Positions 40,707 through 48,689 of a stretch of DNA of 64,000 nucleotides are shown piece after piece; the stretch's first letter is position 1, and each line of letters begins with the position of its first letter. The position numbers were made by a program, and so were the translations under genes. This stretch comes from an uncultured Lachnospiraceae bacterium. Its GTDB lineage: Bacteria; Bacillota; Clostridia; Lachnospirales; Lachnospiraceae. The stretch is taken from contig ONHB01000015.1 of the NCBI GenBank assembly GCA_900317505.1, positions 15,831-79,830 of the forward strand. Direction: 5' to 3'. The notes beneath the pieces are model-generated. The model was not told the origin of the DNA. It searched no databases and worked only from the letters and a program-made list of their open reading frames with translations.

Positions 40707-41057
40707 ATGTTGTTAAATCAGGGATACGTTCCATGTGACAAACAAATTCATATCAAGATTCCGGAAGATCAATTACAGATGATTCATGACAGGATGAAGC
40801 AGATAGGAGTCAAAAACATGAGTGCCTATATCAGGAAGATGGCAGTCGATGGGTATTACATTCACATTGATTTCAGCGAGTTATTAGAAATCATCAAACT
40901 CATGAAAATTGACAGCAACAATATCAACCAGATTGCAAAAGTTGCCAATTCATGTGGCACTGTAGATAGCAAAACAATTTCTGATATGAAGGAGAATCAT
41001 GAGCGAGTTTTGAAAAAGGTAGAAAAGACTTTCAACAAATATTTAGACATTTATTGA
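40707..41057 (+). CDS. MobC-like mobilization accessory protein (RHH plus MobC motif)
   Basis: The N-terminal region is probably a ribbon-helix-helix fold (IHIKIPEDQLQMIHDRMKQ). It also has the MobC-type motif NINQIAKVANSCG (compare NLNQIARALN). No relaxase gene follows. Confidence 0.55.
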   Translation: MLLNQGYVPCDKQIHIKIPEDQLQMIHDRMKQIGVKNMSAYIRKMAVDGYYIHIDFSELLEIIKLMKIDSNNINQIAKVANSCGTVDSKTISDMKENHERVLKKVEKTFNKYLDIY

Positions 41058-41371
41058 CTTCGTTTTCAGCCTGCTTTGCAGGCGTAGCTTGCCGATGCAA
41101 ATTGGCAATCAGGGGGATTGGGGAATACTCCCCAACAAGCAAAATCGCATCAGGTGTACACCGATGCACTGCTTGCCAATTTGTGAAAGGCCAAAAATCT
41201 CATTTAAGGAAGGGGATAGCTGTGAAGAATAAAGTGATAGTAAAAGACAAAGATGAATGGAGTTCTCTTGCAAACTTTATCGGAAATATGATAGCAAAAT
41301 ACGCTGATGAAATTGATTTTGATTCATTACCCAAAGGAGATATATTTATGAATCATATAAAGCATATATGA
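41054..41371 (+). CDS. hypothetical protein (105 aa)
   Basis: Its start overlaps the stop of the MobC-like gene. It has no recognisable motif and may be non-coding. Confidence 0.3.
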   Translation: MTSFSACFAGVACRCKLAIRGIGEYSPTSKIASGVHRCTACQFVKGQKSHLRKGIAVKNKVIVKDKDEWSSLANFIGNMIAKYADEIDFDSLPKGDIFMNHIKHI

Positions 41372-41605
41372 GATTACGTCACACAAAAAAAGAAGTAGGG
41401 CATTGAAGAAAATCATGAGAAATGATACCATAGGTTCATAGATGTGAATGTTATATAAGTGAATTACATGGCGAATATGACATAGGCGGATTTCGCAAAG
41501 AAGGTGGGGATACATAGATGCACATTATCTTTTTTGTGTTTTTATAATACACTTAGCAAAGATTATAGCATTCATACAGTATTACAGAAGATTGGAGGCT
41601 GGTAA

Positions 41606-42655
41606 ATGGCTCTTATAGATACATATCGACACAATGTAACCAGGAAGAGAGATGAAATCGCTAAACTTACTTCAGACAAAGCAAAAGAGAAAGATAAAAT
41701 AGCCAAAGCAAGGATGAAGATTGACAGTGCAAATTCTGCAATTGGTCACACAAAAAATACATCAACTATAAAATCAAAATTGAGAGACATTTCCAATGCA
41801 GAGAAAATTATTACAGCAGCAGAAAAGAAAATATCAGAATTGGAGAAGAAGCTTTCTAAAGCAGAAAAAGATTTAGCAGAAGAGCAAAAAAAAGTGGAGC
41901 GAGAAGAAGAGAAGGCACATAAACAGCGCATGAATGAAGAAATAAAAATGCAGAAAAAAACACAGAGACAAATTTCTGATTTGAGTAGAACTATGCAGTC
42001 GCACGCGAAAATTCAAGATGAGATACATTCACAAATACAAGAACTACAAAAACTGCCAGAAAACATAACGGTACTTTTCCTGGCAGCAAATCCTATTGAT
42101 ACACCCTCGTTGAGACTTGACGCAGAGGCAAGAGCTATTCAGGAGACGATTCGTAAATCTGAATATCGAGATACATTAAAATTCGAGACGCGCTGGGCAG
42201 TTAGAACCTCTGATATACTTCAGGCCATAAATGAAGTCAATCCTGATGTTATTCATTTCAGTGGACACGGAGCACCAAATGGAGACCTTGCATTTGAAAA
42301 CATTAACGGAGAAATGAAATTGGTGAGTAAAGAAGCAATGACTCAAACAATCATGACACTTTCAGATAAAGTGAAATTGATGTTCTTCAACGCCTGTTTC
42401 TCATCAACACAAGCTCAGAGCGTAGTTGAATACGTAGATGTAGCAATAGGAATGAATACTTCGATTGGTGACGAAGCTGCACTCGTGTTTGCGTCACAAT
42501 TCTATTCATCAATTGGCTTTGGGAAGAGTATTAAAACAGCATACGATCAGGCAAAGGCTGCCTTGATGCTTGAAGGAATACCAGAGGAAAAGACACCAGA
42601 ACTATATGTAAGAGATTCACTTAATGCAGAGGATCTTGTGTTAGTGAAAATGTAA
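41606..42655 (+). CDS. coiled-coil protein with a C-terminal CHAT/caspase-like (His-Cys dyad) domain
   Basis: The N-terminal ~150 aa are coiled-coil and K/E-rich. The C-terminal ~190 aa carry ITVLFLAANP...DVIHFSGHG...KLMFFNACFSS. This is the HxGHG and xNAC pattern of CHAT, clan-CD peptidases. Confidence 0.6.
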   Translation: MALIDTYRHNVTRKRDEIAKLTSDKAKEKDKIAKARMKIDSANSAIGHTKNTSTIKSKLRDISNAEKIITAAEKKISELEKKLSKAEKDLAEEQKKVEREEEKAHKQRMNEEIKMQKKTQRQISDLSRTMQSHAKIQDEIHSQIQELQKLPENITVLFLAANPIDTPSLRLDAEARAIQETIRKSEYRDTLKFETRWAVRTSDILQAINEVNPDVIHFSGHGAPNGDLAFENINGEMKLVSKEAMTQTIMTLSDKVKLMFFNACFSSTQAQSVVEYVDVAIGMNTSIGDEAALVFASQFYSSIGFGKSIKTAYDQAKAALMLEGIPEEKTPELYVRDSLNAEDLVLVKM

Positions 42656-42670
42656 GGCGAGGTTTTAATT

Positions 42671-43033
42671 ATGATTATCAGCGAAAGAATTATAAAGGTT
42701 ATGCAGGAACGCAATATGACACAGGCGGATTTTGCAAAGCAGGTTGGTATTTCAACCAGTACCATAAGCGAATGGAAAAAGAGAAAAACAAATCCTACTG
42801 TGGAAAAGATAATGGATATTTGTAATGTCTTACAAATTACGCCGGAGCAGCTTCTTACCGGTAAAGGAATTGAGGATGAGGAAGAAATTGCCGCTTCAAG
42901 TCCTGAGAGTAAATTTACTCCAGGAGATGTTCAGATGATTGAAGATTATCATAACCTCAGAGAAGAGCAGCAAAAGCGTCTTATGGCTTATATGGAGGCT
43001 CTGAAGAAGATAGAGAGTCTTGAAGATATATAA
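42671..43033 (+). CDS. XRE-family HTH transcriptional regulator
   Basis: HTH_3 (MTQADFAKQVGISTSTISEWKK). It lies 15 nt downstream of the CHAT-like gene. Confidence 0.8.
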   Translation: MIISERIIKVMQERNMTQADFAKQVGISTSTISEWKKRKTNPTVEKIMDICNVLQITPEQLLTGKGIEDEEEIAASSPESKFTPGDVQMIEDYHNLREEQQKRLMAYMEALKKIESLEDI

Positions 43034-43055
43034 ACAAGATGTGTAAATTAAATAT

Positions 43056-43089
43056 CATTTGAGGTTCCAATTTGGAACCTCAAATGAAA
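43056..43089. repeat. perfect 15-bp-arm palindrome (catttgaggttccaa at ttggaacctcaaatg)
   Basis: I read it directly. One arm recurs inside the downstream ORF6N gene at ~43352-43372 (attggaacctcaaatgatgaaaa). Confidence 0.7.
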
Positions 43090-43114
43090 ATGTTTTATAT
43101 AGATGAGGTGGCGT

Positions 43115-44074
43115 ATGGATGAAGTTGTAACAAATGAAGAGAATAAGACAATTGAAAGAACCGGTCAGAACATTGATATTTCTCAATTGATTTATGTTAT
43201 ACGAGGAAGACAAGTTATGATAGATAGCGATTTGGCAATTCTGTATCAGGTTGAGACCAAGAATATCAATAAAGCAATGAAAAGAAATATTAAAAGATTT
43301 CCCGATGACTTTTGCTTTCAATTATCTTCAGATGAAGAGAAGGAATTGAAGTTCCAGATTGGAACCTCAAATGATGAAAAAACTCGTGGCGGTAGAAGAT
43401 ATCCCCATTATGTTTATACAGAACAGGGAATTGCTATGCTATCTGCAGTGTTGAAAAGTGATGTTGCAATCCAAGTAAGTATCCGAATTATGAAGACTTT
43501 TGTTGAGATGAGGAAATACTTAGCAAATAATGCATTAATCATTGAAAAAATAAATTCTATAGAAAAAAGACAGATTGCAGGTGAGATAGAGCAAATAAGT
43601 TATCGTGAAGAAACTGAAAATAAATTCGAAGTGATTTTTGATTATATAGAATCGCATAAAGAGGATAATCAGAAGATTTTCTTTGATGGTCAGATATTTG
43701 ATGCGTTCAGTTTGTTAACAGATATTATTGGATACGCGAAAAAAGAAATTATATTGATTGACGGGTATGTTGATGTAATCACATTAAATATACTGGCAAA
43801 GAAAAGCATAGGGGTTAATGTTTTTGTATATACACTTCCGAGTACAAAGATATCTGCACAGGACATTACCAATTTTAATGCTCAGTATCCTACATTAACG
43901 GTAAAAAAGACAACGGCATTTCATGACCGTTTTCTAATTATAGATGGTGCTGAGGGGTATCATATCGGAGCATCTCTTAAGGATGCAGGAAAGAAATGTT
44001 TCGGAATAAATAAAATAGAAGGGACAGATGTAATTAACAATCTAATTAATAAGGCTTTACAAACGTCTAAGTAA
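43115..44074 (+). CDS. ORF6N (KilA-N/antirepressor-like) domain protein with a C-terminal PLD-like HxR(x4)D...GASLKD domain (paralog 1)
   Basis: ORF6N signature (IRGRQVMIDSDLAILYQVETKNINKAMKRNIKRFPDDFCFQL ... YVYTEQGIAMLSAVLKS). The C-terminus has FHDRFLIIDGAEGYHIGASLKDAGKK. An alternative start lies at 43103. Confidence 0.75.
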   Translation: MDEVVTNEENKTIERTGQNIDISQLIYVIRGRQVMIDSDLAILYQVETKNINKAMKRNIKRFPDDFCFQLSSDEEKELKFQIGTSNDEKTRGGRRYPHYVYTEQGIAMLSAVLKSDVAIQVSIRIMKTFVEMRKYLANNALIIEKINSIEKRQIAGEIEQISYREETENKFEVIFDYIESHKEDNQKIFFDGQIFDAFSLLTDIIGYAKKEIILIDGYVDVITLNILAKKSIGVNVFVYTLPSTKISAQDITNFNAQYPTLTVKKTTAFHDRFLIIDGAEGYHIGASLKDAGKKCFGINKIEGTDVINNLINKALQTSK

Positions 44075-44091
44075 AATAGGGGTGATTCTGA

Positions 44092-45765
44092 TTGGGTAAA
44101 GAAAAAGTAAAAGTCTATTTATACACTCGTGTTTCAACGGCCATGCAGATAGATGGATATTCTTTGGATGCGCAGAAGTCTCGGATGAAGGCATTTTGTG
44201 AATTCAATGAATATGAGATAGTTGGCGAGTATGAAGATGCAGGCAAGTCCGGTAAATCGATTGAGGGGCGTGTTGCATTTAACAACATGATGGAGGACAT
44301 CAAATCCGGAAAAGATGAGGTATCTTTTGTTCTTGTATTTAAACTTTCCAGATTTGGTAGAAATGCGGCTGATGTTCTCAATTCACTTCAGATTATGCAG
44401 GACTTTGGCGTAAACCTGATTTGTGTCGAGGACGGTATTGATTCGTCAAAAGAAGCAGGAAGACTAATGATTTCTGTATTGTCTGCTGTTGCAGAGATTG
44501 AGCGTGAAAACATACGTGTGCAGACTATGGAAGGTCGTATGCAGAAGGCAAGAGAAGGAAAGTGGAATGGTGGGTTTGCTCCATATGGATATGCACTAGT
44601 CGATGGTAAACTTGAAGTAAATGAAGAGGAAGCTGTTGCTATCAGAACTATTTTTGAACAATATGTTAATACGGACATGGGATCAAACGGTATTGCAAAA
44701 TATTTGGAAAATCATGGGATACACAAGATAGCAAGACAAAATGGAAAAAATCCACTTTTTGATGCTTCGCTCATTCGCCGTATCATTCAGAATCCTGTTT
44801 ATTGTGGAAAGATAGCTTATGGCAGAAGAAGAACGGAAAAAGTTCACGGAACAAGGAATGATTACAGGCAGGTTTATAAAGATGATTATCTGCTTGTAGA
44901 TGGGCTTCATGAAGCTTTGGTTTCTGAAGAAGTTTGGGAACAGGCACAGATAAAAGTAGCAGCTCAGGCTAAAAAATATGAAAAAGTCAATTCTCCTAAA
45001 GGTGAGAAAATACATCTTTTATCAGGTGTATTAAGGTGCCCTGTCTGTGGTGCAGGCATGTATGGGAATAAAAGTATTAAGCATAGAAAAGATGGCACAA
45101 AGTACAGTGATTATTTTTACTATGGCTGTAAGCACCGCAATATGACCAGAGGGCATAAATGTGATTATAGAAAACAGGTATCTGAAATAAAGCTCGATGG
45201 AGCTGTAGTTGAAGTCCTGCGAAAGCTAGTGAGCAATAAGAAATTTGCTGGGATGATGCGTGAGAAAATCAATATGGAAGTTGATACCATAGCACTTGAT
45301 CAGGAAATATCTGCTCAGGAAAAGACGCTACGCCAGAGTTACTTGAATAAAGATGCCATACTTTCAGATTTGGACAACTTGGATTATGAAGATAAGCATT
45401 ACAAGAGAAGGAAAGCAGATTTAGAGGATCGCCTTAGTAAGACTTATGATAAAATCGAAGAGACAGAAAACGCTTTAGTAGAAGCTAAAGCTAAGAAGAG
45501 GTCGATACTTGCTGAAAAGGTTTGTGGAGATAATATCTATAAAGCGCTAATCTTTTTCGATAAAATGTATGAACCAATGAATGAAGCGGAACGCAGAGAG
45601 TTCCTGACACAATTCATTGAAAAGGTTGAGATTTACGAAGAAGAACAAGAGAACGGTCAATGGCTTAAATCCATAGAATTCAAGCTTCCTATCATTTCAA
45701 AGGATATGAAGATTAGTTTGGACAATGGTTCGCATGTTGAGACGGTGGCGCTGTTGACTAAATGA
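44092..45765 (+). CDS. large serine recombinase (serine integrase/resolvase family)
   Basis: An N-terminal resolvase catalytic domain (VYLYTRVSTAMQ, with the catalytic Ser), a recombinase domain, a zinc ribbon CPVCGAGMYG...YYGC and a C-terminal coiled coil. A TTG start with an AGGGGTGA ribosome-binding site is likely. Confidence 0.85.
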   Translation: MGKEKVKVYLYTRVSTAMQIDGYSLDAQKSRMKAFCEFNEYEIVGEYEDAGKSGKSIEGRVAFNNMMEDIKSGKDEVSFVLVFKLSRFGRNAADVLNSLQIMQDFGVNLICVEDGIDSSKEAGRLMISVLSAVAEIERENIRVQTMEGRMQKAREGKWNGGFAPYGYALVDGKLEVNEEEAVAIRTIFEQYVNTDMGSNGIAKYLENHGIHKIARQNGKNPLFDASLIRRIIQNPVYCGKIAYGRRRTEKVHGTRNDYRQVYKDDYLLVDGLHEALVSEEVWEQAQIKVAAQAKKYEKVNSPKGEKIHLLSGVLRCPVCGAGMYGNKSIKHRKDGTKYSDYFYYGCKHRNMTRGHKCDYRKQVSEIKLDGAVVEVLRKLVSNKKFAGMMREKINMEVDTIALDQEISAQEKTLRQSYLNKDAILSDLDNLDYEDKHYKRRKADLEDRLSKTYDKIEETENALVEAKAKKRSILAEKVCGDNIYKALIFFDKMYEPMNEAERREFLTQFIEKVEIYEEEQENGQWLKSIEFKLPIISKDMKISLDNGSHVETVALLTK

Positions 45766-45817
45766 TCGGTGGCAGATAATAATGGTTGATATGTTAAAAA
45801 TATAGTGAAGTATGAAA

Positions 45818-45868
45818 AAAAGGACATCCAGAGCTGTAGATTTTACAGGTCATGAGATGTCCTTTTTG
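45818..45868. terminator. bidirectional terminator between the recombinase and fic
   Basis: The hairpin aaaaaggacatc..gatgtccttttt. Confidence 0.45.
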
Positions 45869-45918
45869 CAGATATGGGAGCAATCAATAGACAAGTAAAG
45901 AAGAATATTTTAAAGGAA

Positions 45919-46965
45919 TTACTTTAATCTGTAATAGCAAGTCCCTTTACCTTTGCCTTCTTTTTTTAGTTCACCTAATGAAATAAGATCTCTAAACGCT
46001 TTTTCTATTGAGCTATCGCTAAGTGTTGGGCAGAGTTCGCGAGTATCCTGTTTATTGAAACGACCTATTTTATTCATGCTTGCCCGTCTGACCATTTCAA
46101 GAGCAGAAAGCTTGGTTTCAACAAGGGAAAAACGATCTCCAAAATCTTTGTAGGCTGCAAGAATGGTTCCAAGCAGATATTTAATAAAAGGCACTACATT
46201 TTCGGTTCCCTCGTGCCATCCGAGTTGCGATTCTGAAAGTGCACCGTAATACAGATCTTTATTCTTAGCAATTTTTGCTTCTAGGGAAATATACTTTCCG
46301 ACATAAAAGCCATTTCTATATAGAAGTAACGTAGTGAGCAGACGACTCATTCTACCGTTACCATCATTAAACGGATGAATACACAAAAAATCATGGATGA
46401 AGGTAGGAATAATAATTAGTGGCTCTACTTCCATATTTCCGATTACGCGGTTATATTCCTCACAGATTTTATTCAAGGCCTCTGGTGTTTCAAATGGGGA
46501 TAAGGGAGTGAATAGCGTTTCAACGTGTCCATCCGGATAGGTTTCACTTATATAATTTTGTACATTTTTGGTTTTGCCACCCATAGGATTATTCATATGG
46601 CTATATAAGATCTTGTGAAGCTGCAAGATATAATTTTGAGTAATAGGTATGGCATCAAAATTTTCGTGAATAATGTTAAGTGCGTCACGATAGCCGGCAA
46701 TTTCTTGTTCATCTCTATTTTTAGGTGTTGTCTTTTCTTCCACGAGCTGTTTGATGCGGGTGTTTGTAGTGATAATACCCTCAATAGCATTAGATGCCTC
46801 GGTGCTTTGTATCTTTGCTATTTCAACCAATTTTTCTAATTCCTGAGGTTTTTGTTTAAGATACAACTCTTGTTTTCCTGCTTCTTTGTATATAGCAGCA
46901 ATCAATCCCAGAATACCTGAGTCCCATTTTTGGTTTTTAATTTCGGAGTAATTAAATGTTCTCAT
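45919..46965 (-). CDS. Fic family protein (Fic/Doc AMPylase-type) with a C-terminal winged HTH
   Basis: The Fic motif HPFNDGNGRMSRLL, which is HPFx(D/E)GNGR. Confidence 0.85.
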   Translation of the reverse strand: MRTFNYSEIKNQKWDSGILGLIAAIYKEAGKQELYLKQKPQELEKLVEIAKIQSTEASNAIEGIITTNTRIKQLVEEKTTPKNRDEQEIAGYRDALNIIHENFDAIPITQNYILQLHKILYSHMNNPMGGKTKNVQNYISETYPDGHVETLFTPLSPFETPEALNKICEEYNRVIGNMEVEPLIIIPTFIHDFLCIHPFNDGNGRMSRLLTTLLLYRNGFYVGKYISLEAKIAKNKDLYYGALSESQLGWHEGTENVVPFIKYLLGTILAAYKDFGDRFSLVETKLSALEMVRRASMNKIGRFNKQDTRELCPTLSDSSIEKAFRDLISLGELKKEGKGKGTCYYRLK

Positions 46966-47210
46966 TACCTTATCTCACTTTCTTTCCCTTAAAATATAAC
47001 TTAAAATAAGGGAAAATGCAATGTTATAAGGGAAAAATACCTTAATATTATCTTTAATTAAAGGTAAAATATGCAGAAATCGGAACCACGGGCTTGGTAT
47101 GAAGATCATTATAAAAATTGACACGACATGACATAATCAGATTGACAAAAGAAATGCGAGTTTTTATAATATAGACAAAATGAAAATGACATGATTGGAG
47201 AGATAGAGAG

Positions 47211-47489
47211 ATGAAGAAAGTTGTAACATTTGAAGAGGCATTAAAAAGAATTGAGGAATTGGAAAAAGAGAACGAAGAACTTCAAGAGGAATTGGAGTAT
47301 TACAAAAATCGGAAATTGAGTGGTCGGCAGAAACATAATGCCAAGTGGATGGCGATTTATAATGATTTTGTCAGTGGATATGAGAGTGGTATGACGATGG
47401 TAGAAATTGCAAAGCGAAACAATGTCAGTGAGAGGACGATTTATAGGTATAAAACGTATTATGACAAAATGAAGGAAAAAGAGGAATAG
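47211..47489 (+). CDS. small coiled-coil plus HTH protein (IS3/sigma-70 region-4-like HTH)
   Basis: MTMVEIAKRNNVSERTIYRYK. Confidence 0.55.
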   Translation: MKKVVTFEEALKRIEELEKENEELQEELEYYKNRKLSGRQKHNAKWMAIYNDFVSGYESGMTMVEIAKRNNVSERTIYRYKTYYDKMKEKEE

Positions 47490-47569
47490 AGCATTTTACT
47501 GGCGGCAGCAAAATGTTATATGAGAATTGCGGTCAATTTTTTTGACCGCAAAATGGATGGAGGAGTTCT

Positions 47570-48619
47570 GTGGCAGAAGATAAAAGGAAAGAAATTGATG
47601 TTACAGTAATAGAAGTAACAGAAGAATATCTAAAAGAAAAACTGTATAAAATTAGGGGTAAAAGGGTATTGCTTGATGCTGATTTAGCAGAGATATATGG
47701 CTATGACACGAAAGGATTTAATAGGCAGGTAAAAAATAATATTGAGAAATTTGATGAAGATTTTATGTTTGAATTAACAGATGAGGAATTAGAAGATTTG
47801 CGGTACAAAAATTGTACCGCAAATATAAGTTCAAAAAGTCGTTATAATCCTCATGTATTTACAGAGCAAGGATTATATATGCTGATGACTGTCTTGAAAG
47901 GACCGTTGGCTGTTAAGCAGAGCAAGGCATTAATAAGAACCTTTAAGAAAATGAAAGATTACATATTAGAAAATCGTGATTTAATAGGTCAGCGGGAAGT
48001 ACTTCAGTTAAGCATGGAGACCGCTAACAACAGAATAGAAATTAACAAAATCAACTCAGATATGATATCTCTTGAAAAGCAGATTTCAGATGTTGCAGAA
48101 GGCTTGAAGGATGTTGTAACAAAATCTGAGTTGGCTGATATGATGAACGGCTTTGTTTCAGATGATGATGACAAGTGGCTCATGTTTAATGCAAAATTCA
48201 GTAGTGCAGATGAGGTATATGCGTCCATTTATAAGCAGGCAAAATCGTCAATATATGTCGTTGATAATTATATTGGATTAAGAACGCTGGTACACCTTAA
48301 GAATTCTCCAACCGGAGTAGATATTATTTTATTCAGCGATAATGTTGGAAATAATAAACTTCACAATATAGAATTTACGGATTTTTGCAAAGAATATCCA
48401 TCCGTAAAAATATCAATGAAAAAGACTGGAGGTATATTCCATGATCGATTTATAGTGTTGGATTATGGAACTGCTGATGAAAGAGTTTTCTTATGTGGTG
48501 CTTCATCCAAGGATGCAGGTGCTAGAATAACCAGTATTGTTGAAGATTATGGAATATCTAAATATGCTCCGGTTATTGCCACACTGTTGAAAAATCCAAC
48601 CTTGATTTTGCCACAATAG
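47570..48619 (+). CDS. ORF6N domain protein with a PLD-like HxR(x4)D...GASSKD domain (paralog 2)
   Basis: IRGKRVLLDADLAEIYGYDTKGFNRQVKNNIEKFDEDFMFEL ... HVFTEQGLYMLMTVLKG, with a C-terminus FHDRFIVLDYGTADERVFLCGASSKDAG. GTG start with a GGAGG ribosome-binding site. Confidence 0.75.
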   Translation: MAEDKRKEIDVTVIEVTEEYLKEKLYKIRGKRVLLDADLAEIYGYDTKGFNRQVKNNIEKFDEDFMFELTDEELEDLRYKNCTANISSKSRYNPHVFTEQGLYMLMTVLKGPLAVKQSKALIRTFKKMKDYILENRDLIGQREVLQLSMETANNRIEINKINSDMISLEKQISDVAEGLKDVVTKSELADMMNGFVSDDDDKWLMFNAKFSSADEVYASIYKQAKSSIYVVDNYIGLRTLVHLKNSPTGVDIILFSDNVGNNKLHNIEFTDFCKEYPSVKISMKKTGGIFHDRFIVLDYGTADERVFLCGASSKDAGARITSIVEDYGISKYAPVIATLLKNPTLILPQ

Positions 48620-48689
48620 AAGAGAGTGAAAGTATTGGAAAAGAAAACTGGATGTTACATGTTATTGCGCAATTTGTAGGAGAAATGCC

